Source of the DNA: Candidatus Pacearchaeota archaeon | GTDB taxonomy: Archaea; Nanobdellota; Nanobdellia; UBA10117; JAFCGI01 | Direction: 5' to 3' | Assembly: GCA_017608235.1 (NCBI GenBank) | Contig: JAFCGI010000001.1 | Span: 1,423 to 65,422, forward strand | Length of the DNA: 64,000 nt | Shown here: positions 1 to 8,661 of the stretch, piece by piece | How positions within the stretch are numbered: position 1 is the stretch's first letter | Layout: each line of letters opens with the position of its first letter | Program-made: the position numbers and the translations under genes | Notes under the pieces: generated by a model | Databases searched by the model: none | Seen by the model: the letters and a program-made list of their open reading frames with translations, nothing else | Told to the model about the DNA's origin: nothing

Positions 1-1
1 C

Positions 2-1519
2 TCCTAAATATGTATGGAATACTGTGCCTCCAGTATATTTATATTGTAATTCATCTTGATGGTTAGCTGCTTCAAAAATATCATCTGTAAAATTTACAGG
101 AGCTAAGCTTGAGTTTGTATAAAAAGGAACTTTAATTCCTGCAGTTTTAATTTTTGGATATTTTTCCTTATCTAATTTAGCTAATCTATATGCTGTAGAT
201 TCTGCGGGGGTTGCTTCTAAATTATAGATGTTTCCTGTTTCTTTTTGATATTTAATTAATTGTTCTCTCATAAAATCTAAGACTTTAATTGCAAAATTTT
301 TGCCTTGTTTTGTTATTATGTTTTTCCCAAGGAAATTTTCGCAAGCTTCATTCATTCCAACTAAGCCAATAGTCGAGAAATGAAGTTTTAATGTACCAAG
401 ATATTTTTGTGTAAATGGTAGAAGTCCTTGCTTCATATTTTCTCTTACTATTTTTCTTTTAATTTCAAGGGATTCTTTAGCTAGATCCATTTGTTTTCCT
501 AATCTTTTAAAAAAATCTTTTTCATCTTCAGATAAGTATGCAATTCTTGGAAGATTTATGGTTACTACTCCAATGCTTCCAGTACGATCAGCAAATCCAA
601 AGAATCCACCTATTCTTCTATATTTTAATTTGCTAAGATCTAGTCTTAAATGACAACACATTGCCCTAATTTCATGTGGATCTAGATTTGATCTAATGAA
701 ATTCTGGAAGTATGGAATTCCATATTTTGCAGTCATCTCAAATAATAAATCTGTATTTTTAGAATTCCAGTCAAAGTCTTTCGTGATGTTATAAGTAGGT
801 ATGGGAAATGTAAATGCTCTTCCTTTATTATCTCCCTCTATCATAACTTCCATAAATGCTCTATTGATCATATCTACTTCTTTTTGGAATTGTCTGAATT
901 TTTGTTTTTGAAGTTTCCCTCCAATAATTATTTGTTTATCTGCCAGATCATCTGGAATTTTTAAGTCAAAAGTTAAATTTGTAAAAGGAGTCTGTCCTCC
1001 GTAGCGTGTTGGAAGATTTAAAGTATAAATAAAACCTTGAATTGCTTGCTTGACTTCTTTATATGTAAGTTTATCTTTTTTTATGAATGGTGCTAAAAAG
1101 ACATCTAAAGAATTTAGAGCCTGAGCACCAGCCCACTCATTAGAAACAGCTCCAAAGAAATCAGCAATCTGACTTAGTGCTGAAGTAAAATGTTTTGGAG
1201 GAGAACTAGTAACTTGCCACGGAACTCCTACTCCATCTATTAGAAGATCTGCTATACTCCAGCCTGCACAATATCCAACAATACCCATATATAAGTTATG
1301 GATATGTAAATCTCCATTCAAGTGAGCACTAGATATTCTCTTTGGATATACCTCAGAAAGGGTATATTTTTCTATAGTTTCTCCAGCAAGTCTCCAAGAA
1401 ACTGAAGAGTATGAAAATCTTTGATTTGAATTTTCTTTAACTTTCCAGGTTTTTTTTCCTATATAATTTTCTACAGTTTCTTTAACCTTTAAGATGTCTA
1501 GATTTGCCTTTCCTGTCAT
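2..1519 (-). CDS. nrdD: Anaerobic (class III) ribonucleoside-triphosphate reductase, second paralog, no ATP cone; 3' end runs off the window
   Basis: Not in the ORF track because it is open to the window edge. Manual translation from ATG 1519 gives MTGKANLDILKVKETVENYIGKKTWKVKENSN...GDLHIHNL...GYCAGWS...NEWAGAQAL...FTFPIPTYN...MTAKYGIPYFQNF...AMCCHLRLDL...GSIGVVTINLPR...NLEATPAESTAYR, colinear with the 6144..8420 NrdD. Confidence 0.93.
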   Translation of the reverse strand, partial: MTGKANLDILKVKETVENYIGKKTWKVKENSNQRFSYSSVSWRLAGETIEKYTLSEVYPKRISSAHLNGDLHIHNLYMGIVGYCAGWSIADLLIDGVGVPWQVTSSPPKHFTSALSQIADFFGAVSNEWAGAQALNSLDVFLAPFIKKDKLTYKEVKQAIQGFIYTLNLPTRYGGQTPFTNLTFDLKIPDDLADKQIIIGGKLQKQKFRQFQKEVDMINRAFMEVMIEGDNKGRAFTFPIPTYNITKDFDWNSKNTDLLFEMTAKYGIPYFQNFIRSNLDPHEIRAMCCHLRLDLSKLKYRRIGGFFGFADRTGSIGVVTINLPRIAYLSEDEKDFFKRLGKQMDLAKESLEIKRKIVRENMKQGLLPFTQKYLGTLKLHFSTIGLVGMNEACENFLGKNIITKQGKNFAIKVLDFMREQLIKYQKETGNIYNLEATPAESTAYRLAKLDKEKYPKIKTAGIKVPFYTNSSLAPVNFTDDIFEAANHQDELQYKYTGGTVFHTYLG

Positions 1520-1576
1520 AACATAAAATAAGGCTTCTTTATTTAAATTATTTATCTTTTATTTATCTTTTAATTT

Positions 1577-3682
1577 TTATTGTTTAGATTTAATATACAT
1601 ATATGCACTAAATACTGCATTTACACCTTCTGCTACTGCAATTATAGCTTGTTTATATTGACAGCAAGTCACATCTCCTGCTGCATATATGCCTGGAATG
1701 TTTGTTTTAGAATTTTTATCTATATTTATTTCACCTTTTTCATTTAGCTTAACACCCAGATCCTTTACCAAATATGAAATTGGTACTGAGCCAACCTCAA
1801 TAAATAATCCTTCTAGAGGAAATTCTTTACTATTTTTGTAAGGATTATCAAGAATTACTTTGTTTATAAACTTATCACCTTTTATTTCTGTTATATTTGT
1901 ATTATTGATTATTTCTATCTTTTTGTTAGCTTTTACTCTCTTTGTATTTATTGGTTCTGCTCTTATTTTTTCTTTTCTATAAATTATATATACTTTTTTT
2001 GCATATTCGCTAAGAAGAAGTGCTTCTTTTGCTGCAGAATCTGAACCTCCGACTACTCCTACAATTTTATCCCTAAACAAAGGTCCATCGCAATTATGGA
2101 CAATAAAATTTTTGGCTATGTATGTGTTATTTTTATTAGTTGCAATATTCAATACCTTTCCAGAATATTTTACTTTTTTAATTTCTCTTATAGGCAGAAT
2201 TGCAAAATTATTGTGTATCCATGCGTGCTTTGCAATTTTTTTTCTTTTATTGATTTTGGGATGTTTAACGCCAAGAATCTTACTTAGTTTACCTAAGAAT
2301 TGTCCTCCAATACTTATATGATATTTGTTATGCTTGAAATATATCCTTCTTCCGTATATTTCATTTTCTTTTTTATTTAATGACTTTGTAATTCTAATCT
2401 GTAAAGAAGGTATAATTTTTTGTCTTAGCAGTAGATCTCTTAGCTGATAAGCAAGTTGTCTTGAACTGGTTGTGTAGCAAAAATCTTTTTCTCTAGTACA
2501 ACCATCACCTCGCCATAGGCCTTTAATTAATTCTTTTTGTTTGTTTACTGGTAAAATCATTATCCAATGCGGGATCTTTTTGGCGTGAGCATACTTTCCA
2601 AAAAATTTTCTAAAAAGATCTGCTATTGGCTTGGAATAGATAGTTATTTTACAAACATTATCTTGTTTTTCTATCTTTGGACTTAACTTAAATGTCTTTT
2701 TTAAAATAGCCTTAACATCTGCAATATATTTGGTTTCTTTCTTATTAAAAGAAAAACTTAACATGTGCTTATATGATGTGCCTTCTGCAACATAATATCC
2801 AATTAAATGCAGAAAATCGCTATCTACTTTAATTTCATTTGGGATAGAATTAGAAGTTTGTGTAGTTCTTTTAGGTTTAGCTAAACTATTTAAAACTTCT
2901 ACATCTACATAATCTGAAATTTTTATCTTATCAATATTTTTTACTTCTTTTATGATTGGATAAAGAACTGCTTCTTTAGTTGTTAATTCGTTTGCTTTAA
3001 TCCATTTTGGTTTAGTAAATTTAAAATTTTTCCAATAGTTTTTGCCTTGTCCTTTTTTAATATTTAAAGTAAGAACTGGGTGATTTGGAGTTAATTGTAC
3101 TGGTTCATTAAAAAATCTTGGCTTGATGCTTATTAGTTCTCCAAAGTAATCTCTTTTAGTAAAACCATCTATCTCTTGATATGTTCCGTCTATTGTTAGA
3201 ATTCTATCTAGAGGATTTATTTCTTTAATCTCTTTGATTGAACTATTTGATATTATAGACTCATTTGGCGGAAGACATGTTGCACAATAAGATACTCCTT
3301 TGTTAAAGAATTCTTTTTCTCCTGGAATGTTTAAATGCCGGACTTGAGTTCCTGTAGCAATTAATACTGTTTTAGCAAAGTATGATTCTTTATTCCTAGT
3401 TATTAACTCAAAATTATCTTGTTTTTTAACTAATTTAGAAACTTCATCTTGTTTAATCTCAACTTTATATTCTTTAACATGATCTACTAATTTATTTGTC
3501 AATTCTTGGCCTGAGATTTTTTTGAATCCTGGATAGTTTTCAACTAAGTGTGTTTTAGCAATCATACCACCAAGTTCTTTAGCTATTATTATTGTCTTAA
3601 GGGAGAATCTCGCTGCATAGATGGCTGCTGCTAGTCCTCCAGGACCTCCACCAATTATAACTAAATCATATTCTTCTGCCAT
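1577..3682 (-). CDS. trxB: Thioredoxin reductase (FAD/NAD(P)H disulfide reductase) precursor containing an intein
   Basis: GGGPGG FAD motif, VENYPG, IATG, GVSYCAT|CDG, VVGGSDSA, YAAGD. Removing the 395-aa insert leaves 306 aa, a typical TrxR length. Confidence 0.95.
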   Translation of the reverse strand: MAEEYDLVIIGGGPGGLAAAIYAARFSLKTIIIAKELGGMIAKTHLVENYPGFKKISGQELTNKLVDHVKEYKVEIKQDEVSKLVKKQDNFELITRNKESYFAKTVLIATGTQVRHLNIPGEKEFFNKGVSYCATCLPPNESIISNSSIKEIKEINPLDRILTIDGTYQEIDGFTKRDYFGELISIKPRFFNEPVQLTPNHPVLTLNIKKGQGKNYWKNFKFTKPKWIKANELTTKEAVLYPIIKEVKNIDKIKISDYVDVEVLNSLAKPKRTTQTSNSIPNEIKVDSDFLHLIGYYVAEGTSYKHMLSFSFNKKETKYIADVKAILKKTFKLSPKIEKQDNVCKITIYSKPIADLFRKFFGKYAHAKKIPHWIMILPVNKQKELIKGLWRGDGCTREKDFCYTTSSRQLAYQLRDLLLRQKIIPSLQIRITKSLNKKENEIYGRRIYFKHNKYHISIGGQFLGKLSKILGVKHPKINKRKKIAKHAWIHNNFAILPIREIKKVKYSGKVLNIATNKNNTYIAKNFIVHNCDGPLFRDKIVGVVGGSDSAAKEALLLSEYAKKVYIIYRKEKIRAEPINTKRVKANKKIEIINNTNITEIKGDKFINKVILDNPYKNSKEFPLEGLFIEVGSVPISYLVKDLGVKLNEKGEINIDKNSKTNIPGIYAAGDVTCCQYKQAIIAVAEGVNAVFSAYMYIKSKQ
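2093..3277 (-). mobile_element. Intein with LAGLIDADG homing endonuclease (395 aa), inserted in the TrxR CxxC
   Basis: Starts CLPPNES (Cys1), block B LTPNHPVL, endonuclease motifs LIGYYVAEG and IKGLWRGDG, ends NFIVHN followed by Cys+1 (CDGP). Confidence 0.95.
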
Positions 3683-4773
3683 TACATTTTATTCCTTATT
3701 CTTTCTTTAGCGATTTCTAGTGCTGCTTGTCGTGGTGAAATGTTTTTTTCTTTTGATCTTTCTAAAACAAGCGCTGTATTTTTTGTTATTTTTTCTTCAA
3801 CCATTTTAAACATATCTTCTGGAGTCCCTCCAATAAACTCTATATATGAAGAAATTACTCCACCTGCATTTGCTACAAAATCTGGAACTACTAATATACC
3901 TTTTTTATGTAATTCTGTTTCTAGTTCTGGAGTCATTGGGATATTAGAACCAGAAACTATTGCTTTTGCTTTTATTTTGTTTTTATTTTCCTGATTGATT
4001 ACATCTGGAATTGCAGCAGGTATTAAAACATCTACATCTAATTCGAATAGTTTTTTATTTTCGATTACTTCTCCATCTTTGTAATTTACTACACTTCCAG
4101 TCTCTTGTTTAACTTTAAATAATTCTGGAATATTCAATCCTGCAGCATTATAGATACATCCTTTAGAATCTGATACTGCTACTATTTTTGCTTTATCTTT
4201 TGCAAGATATTCTGCTGCGAATGTTCCTACATTTCCAAATCCTTCGATTGCAACAGTTATTTTATCTACTTTTAGTTTTAGATGTTTAATTGCAACAATT
4301 GTTGAATGATATACTCCTATTCCTGTAGAACCTAATTCGTGTGGAATGCCTCCCATTTCTGAAGGCTTACCAGTACAAGATTGTATATCTCCATTTGCTT
4401 TTGCAAATATTTCCATTTCATGTTCTGCCATAGATATGTCTGGAGCAGCAACATACAATGATGGACAGATAGGCTTTATTGCTTTAGAAAATGCTTCTAC
4501 TATTTTATCTTTATCCTCCTGATTTATTTTTCCTGAGGATACTATTCCTGATTTAGCTCCTCCAAAAGGGAGGTCAGCAAGTGCACATTTCCATGCCATA
4601 GCTCTTGCTAATCTAAAAACTTCTTCTTTTGTTACATTTGAGGTCATTCTTATTCCGCCTTTTCCAGGTCCTAGTGCTGTATTGAATATTATAGTGAATC
4701 CATGCATTTTTGTTTTTGGATCATATACTTCTAAAATCTTTTCTGGTCCAAATTCATTAAATTCTATTTCCAT
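3682..4773 (-). CDS. gdhA: Glu/Leu/Phe/Val dehydrogenase (glutamate dehydrogenase-like)
   Basis: GPGKGGIR, LPFGGAKSG, APD, TGKP, EGFGNVG, VPDFVANAGGV motifs; TAATG-type overlap with trxB. Confidence 0.9.
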   Translation of the reverse strand: MEIEFNEFGPEKILEVYDPKTKMHGFTIIFNTALGPGKGGIRMTSNVTKEEVFRLARAMAWKCALADLPFGGAKSGIVSSGKINQEDKDKIVEAFSKAIKPICPSLYVAAPDISMAEHEMEIFAKANGDIQSCTGKPSEMGGIPHELGSTGIGVYHSTIVAIKHLKLKVDKITVAIEGFGNVGTFAAEYLAKDKAKIVAVSDSKGCIYNAAGLNIPELFKVKQETGSVVNYKDGEVIENKKLFELDVDVLIPAAIPDVINQENKNKIKAKAIVSGSNIPMTPELETELHKKGILVVPDFVANAGGVISSYIEFIGGTPEDMFKMVEEKITKNTALVLERSKEKNISPRQAALEIAKERIRNKM

Positions 4774-4857
4774 TTTTATTACTCCTATCTAAAAATCTCT
4801 ACTATAAAAGCTAAATATTATTCCTTTAATATATTTTGTTTTATATAGTAATTAATT

Positions 4858-5055
4858 TTATTTTGATTCTTCTATTTTAATACACTTAACAGGGCATATT
4901 TCTTCTGCGTCTTTATTACAATCTAGGTTTGGTAATTCTGTAGTTTTTGGTCTTGCTTTTCCATCTTCTCCCATTTCCCAATTATTTGGGCATACAGAAG
5001 TACATGCTCCACAACCAATACAATCTTCTTTTTTTTGTTTAATTATAAATGACAT
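4858..5055 (-). CDS. fdx: Ferredoxin (single cluster)
   Basis: CIGCGACTSVCP...CPVKCI in 65 aa. Confidence 0.9.
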   Translation of the reverse strand: MSFIIKQKKEDCIGCGACTSVCPNNWEMGEDGKARPKTTELPNLDCNKDAEEICPVKCIKIEESK

Positions 5056-5279
5056 TATTCTTTACCTCCCTTTTTTTCTTTAATAGCATTATTTAGTGCC
5101 TTTAGAAGCTCGGTTATGTTTATTCCATGTGCTTTTGCTCCTTGCTCTAAAGATTCTTGGCTGCTTATAGGACAGCCTATACAATGAAATCCAAATTCTG
5201 AAAGAATGTTTATTGTTTCTGGATGTTTATTAATTAATTCTGATATTATTATGTTTTTTGTTATTTTTTGTTTTTTCAT
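5055..5279 (-). CDS. DUF1858 / hybrid-cluster-associated redox disulfide domain protein
   Basis: ITKNIIISELINKHPE...GFHCIGCP..ESLEQGAKAHG..LLKALN pattern. Confidence 0.85.
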   Translation of the reverse strand: MKKQKITKNIIISELINKHPETINILSEFGFHCIGCPISSQESLEQGAKAHGINITELLKALNNAIKEKKGGKE

Positions 5280-5419
5280 TATCCAAGTAAAGAAGGTATT
5301 CCTTTTATTACTAATATAGCTATTAAAAAATACTTGATCAAATCGAAGCTGCCAAAATTTATGGTAAATATTAGCCCTGCTGCGATTATGTCAACTATGC
5401 CAAGTACTTTTGTGATCAT
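5279..5419 (-). CDS. Small membrane protein (46 aa), not in ORF track
   Basis: MITKVLGIVDIIAAGLIFTINFGSFDLIKYFLIAILVIKGIPSLLG*; two hydrophobic segments; its stop overlaps the DUF1858 start (TAATG). Confidence 0.7.
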   Translation of the reverse strand: MITKVLGIVDIIAAGLIFTINFGSFDLIKYFLIAILVIKGIPSLLG

Positions 5420-5457
5420 CTATAGTGTATTCTTGATAAATATTAAAAAGATTTTGA

Positions 5458-6147
5458 TTAAGTTCTTAATTCACAAATATCAAAATATGGTTTTAATAAT
5501 TTTATAAATTGTCTAAGTTCTTCTTCTGTGTATGCGCTTTCACTTCTATATTCTGGATTTAGTGTTTTAATTGATCTGAATTGCTGTAAATAGTATGCTT
5601 TTGATCCTTTAATCCATTCTGCAATAGATAATAAATCTTGTTTGGTTATTAGTTTTGGCAAAATTGTTGTTCTGAATTCATAATCTTTGCTTGAGTTTCG
5701 TATTATATCTATTGTTTTTTGTATATTTTCTACTTGAACTTTTGTGTTTGCTACTAAATCATATTTTTCTGGTGGTGCTTTTATGTCCATTGCTATATAA
5801 TCTACTAGATTTTCAGTTATCATAGTTTGAATTACCTTTGGATTTGTTCCATTTGTATCTAACTTAACTAAAAAACCCAGATCTTTGAGTTTGAATGCAA
5901 AATCTGTAAGATCTTTTTGAAGAGTTGGTTCTCCACCTGTGATGCAAACACCATCAATTAATTTTTTTCTTGAAATAAGATGGTTAAAAATTTCTTCTTC
6001 ATTAATTTTTTGTAGATCTCTATGATTTATTAATTCAGGATTATGGCAATAATGACATCTAAAATTACAATCTACTGTAAATATTACAGAAGCTATCTTT
6101 TTTGGATAGTCTATTAGAGATGTTTTTTGCCATCCCTTTATTATCAT
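5458..6147 (-). CDS. nrdG: Anaerobic RNR activating protein (radical SAM)
   Basis: SLIDYP, CNFRCHYCHN (CX3CX2C), TGGEPTL, KLDTNG, YIAMDIK, YEFRTT; overlaps the nrdD stop. Confidence 0.95.
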   Translation of the reverse strand: MIIKGWQKTSLIDYPKKIASVIFTVDCNFRCHYCHNPELINHRDLQKINEEEIFNHLISRKKLIDGVCITGGEPTLQKDLTDFAFKLKDLGFLVKLDTNGTNPKVIQTMITENLVDYIAMDIKAPPEKYDLVANTKVQVENIQKTIDIIRNSSKDYEFRTTILPKLITKQDLLSIAEWIKGSKAYYLQQFRSIKTLNPEYRSESAYTEEELRQFIKLLKPYFDICELRT

Positions 6148-8420
6148 TTTACACCAGAATATGCTATAAGCGTATTTGTTGCTGGCTTCTCTATAACCTT
6201 GTACTTATCTTTAATATTAATTGCTTTTACCTGACTATATGGTTTTCTGTCTTTGAATTCTTCCTTTTTCCCTTTATTCCAGCTTTTAACAGGTCTTAGA
6301 TAACCTACAACCCGGCTATAAATTTCTGTTTCTTCACCACAAGTAGGGCAGCTTTCTTTTTCTCCTCTAATATAGCCATGATTTTTACATACAGAGAATG
6401 TAGGAGTTATTGTATAATATGGTAATTTAAAGTTATATGCTATTTTTTTAACTAATTGCTTGCATGTTTCTGCATCTGTGATTCTTTCACCTAAAAAACC
6501 ATGCAATACTGTTCCACCAGTATATTTACATTGTAATTCATCTTGGTGTTCTAATGCTTCAAATATATCATCTGTATATCCTACTGGCAATAATGATGAA
6601 TTTGTATAATATGGTTCAACATCACCAGCAGTGATTATGTCTGGATATCTTGCTATGTCCATTCTTGCAAATCTATAGCTAGTACCTTCTGCAGGGGTTG
6701 CTTCTAAATTATAGATATTTTTTGTTTCCTCCTGAAAATTAGATATTTTATTTCTCATAAAACCTAGTACTTCCAAAGCAAACTGTCTACCATCTTTAGT
6801 AGATATGTCTTTTCCTAAAAAGTTTAGACAAGCTTCATTCATTCCGTTTATACCTATAGTAGAAAAATGATGGTTAAAGGTTCCGAGATATCGTTTTGTG
6901 AATGGGAGTAATCCATTATCTAGGTTTTTTGTTATTATTTTTCTTTTTACTTCTAATGATTCCTTAGCTATTTCCATAAAAAATGTTAATCTTTCAAAGA
7001 ATTCTTCTTTAGTCTCAGATAGATATCCAATTCTTGGAAGATTTATGGTTACTACTCCAATACTTCCTGTTGATTCTCCAGATCCAAATAGGCCACCTGT
7101 TTTTTTTCTTAATTCTCTTAAGTCTAATTGCAATCTGCAACACATAGATCTTACATCTGTTGGCTTAAGATCTGAATTTATAAAATTCTGGAAGTATGGA
7201 ATTCCATATTTTGCAGTCATCTCAAATAATAGATTTGAATTTTCTGAATCCCAATCAAATTCTCTTGTAACATTATATGTTGGAATTGGGAATGTAAATA
7301 ATCTACCTGAAGCATCTCCTTCTATCATGGTTTCTATGAATGCTTTATTTATCATGTCCATTTCTTTTTGACAGTCACCATATGTAAAGCTCTGTGTTTT
7401 TTTTCCAATGGTTGCTTTTTGATTTGCCATATCACTTGGAACTGTCCAATCAAAAGTTAAATTTAAGAATGGTGTTTGAGTTCCCCACCTACTTGGTGTT
7501 GCTATATTAAATAAGAATCTTTGCATTTGTTGTTTAACTTGCTTATAGGTTAGATTATCTTTTTTAATATATGGTGCTAAATATGTATCAAAAGATGATA
7601 GTGCTTGCGCTCCAGCCCATTCATTTTGCAGGGTTCCAATAAAATTAACTATTTGACCTACAATTGTATCTAAGTGTTTAGCTGGAGCGGTTTGTAGTTT
7701 TCCATAAATTCCGCCAAATCCTTCTGTAATTAGCTGTCTTAGACTCCAGCCAGCACAGTATCCAGAAAACATTGATAGATCATGAATATGTATATCTCCA
7801 TTTCTATGTGCTTGTGAAATTTTTTGAGAATATAGGTTTAACCAATAATTTGCAGTTATTTTTCCTGAAATGTAAAGAATTAATCCTCCAATTGAGAAAT
7901 CTACATTACTATTTTCATTAACTCTCCAGTCACTTCTTTGTAGATATTCTCCCATTATTTCGTCTATATCTACAAAAGTTTTTTCAAATTCTCTAACTCT
8001 TTTACGTTTTTCCCTGTATAGAATGAATGCTTTAGCTACTTGTGCATGTCCTTGTTCGATTAGAACTTTTTCAATAGCATCCTGAATTTGCTCTACATTA
8101 GGAACTTGTGTATTACTTGTCTCAAGTACCTCTACTACATTATTTGTGATTTCTTCTGCTTTTTTCTTGTCTTTTCCGCCTACAGCTTTTACAGCTTTGA
8201 AAATTGCAGCATATACTCTTTCTTTATCAAATAGAGCAATAGTTCCATCTCTTTTTCTGATTTGTTGTATTTTCAAGGGATGTTTTTCTTTGCTTAAATG
8301 TTCATATGTGGTGAATCTTTTATTACAACTTAAACACTCTCTTCTACGGCGTGAAGAACTTTGATTTTCTCTCTTATCTATAACTTTGGTTTTTTCTGAG
8401 GAACAAAATGGACATTTCAT
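6144..8420 (-). CDS. nrdD: Class III ribonucleotide reductase with N-terminal NrdR-type Zn ribbon plus ATP cone
   Basis: Likely start is ATG 8420 (MKCPFC..., GGGTG upstream). Contains the ATP cone IRKRDG...VAKAFILYR, GYCAGWSL, SMCCRL, Zn site CKNH...CPTC and the glycyl-radical motif YSRVVGYLRP. Confidence 0.96.
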   Translation of the reverse strand: MKCPFCSSEKTKVIDKRENQSSSRRRRECLSCNKRFTTYEHLSKEKHPLKIQQIRKRDGTIALFDKERVYAAIFKAVKAVGGKDKKKAEEITNNVVEVLETSNTQVPNVEQIQDAIEKVLIEQGHAQVAKAFILYREKRKRVREFEKTFVDIDEIMGEYLQRSDWRVNENSNVDFSIGGLILYISGKITANYWLNLYSQKISQAHRNGDIHIHDLSMFSGYCAGWSLRQLITEGFGGIYGKLQTAPAKHLDTIVGQIVNFIGTLQNEWAGAQALSSFDTYLAPYIKKDNLTYKQVKQQMQRFLFNIATPSRWGTQTPFLNLTFDWTVPSDMANQKATIGKKTQSFTYGDCQKEMDMINKAFIETMIEGDASGRLFTFPIPTYNVTREFDWDSENSNLLFEMTAKYGIPYFQNFINSDLKPTDVRSMCCRLQLDLRELRKKTGGLFGSGESTGSIGVVTINLPRIGYLSETKEEFFERLTFFMEIAKESLEVKRKIITKNLDNGLLPFTKRYLGTFNHHFSTIGINGMNEACLNFLGKDISTKDGRQFALEVLGFMRNKISNFQEETKNIYNLEATPAEGTSYRFARMDIARYPDIITAGDVEPYYTNSSLLPVGYTDDIFEALEHQDELQCKYTGGTVLHGFLGERITDAETCKQLVKKIAYNFKLPYYTITPTFSVCKNHGYIRGEKESCPTCGEETEIYSRVVGYLRPVKSWNKGKKEEFKDRKPYSQVKAINIKDKYKVIEKPATNTLIAYSGVK

Positions 8421-8452
8421 TTTTAGAGCACCCTTTCTATTTAGGTAAGTAT

Positions 8453-8468
8453 ACACAAGATATTGTAT
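8453..8468. promoter_or_regulatory. NrdR box 1
   Basis: ACACAAGATATTGTAT, 14/16 match to the bacterial consensus acaCwAtATaTwGtgt. Confidence 0.8.
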
Positions 8469-8484
8469 TATTCTTGGTAAATAT

Positions 8485-8500
8485 ACACAAAATAGTGTGT
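8485..8500. promoter_or_regulatory. NrdR box 2
   Basis: ACACAAAATAGTGTGT, 14/16 match; starts 32 bp from box 1 (16-bp spacer). Confidence 0.8.
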
Positions 8501-8636
8501 TTTATCTATATTTAGCATAGCTAGTATATATAGTTATTGCTGTTATGGTTTGGTTATAATATGCTAGAGGATATAAATTAGATAAAAAATAAGATACTCT
8601 GACTATGGCTTGGATAAAAGCAAAAAGCTTATAAAT

Positions 8637-8655
8637 TAATTAACGCTGTTAATTA
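8637..8655. promoter_or_regulatory. Palindromic operator candidate for the regulator-iscS-iscU unit
   Basis: TAATTAAC-GCT-GTTAATTA (perfect 8-3-8), between a BRE/TATA-like AAAAGCTTATAAAT and the ATG at 8662. Confidence 0.5.
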
Positions 8656-8661
8656 TCTATT

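Noticed and set aside
2..8420. Two nrdD copies as an assembly duplication
   Set aside because: They share motifs but differ widely in protein and DNA sequence, so they are true paralogs.
8421..8456. 12-aa N-terminal extension of NrdD in the ORF track
   Set aside because: The GTG start lies inside NrdR box 1; ATG 8420 has an RBS and matches the NrdR N-terminus (MKCPFC).
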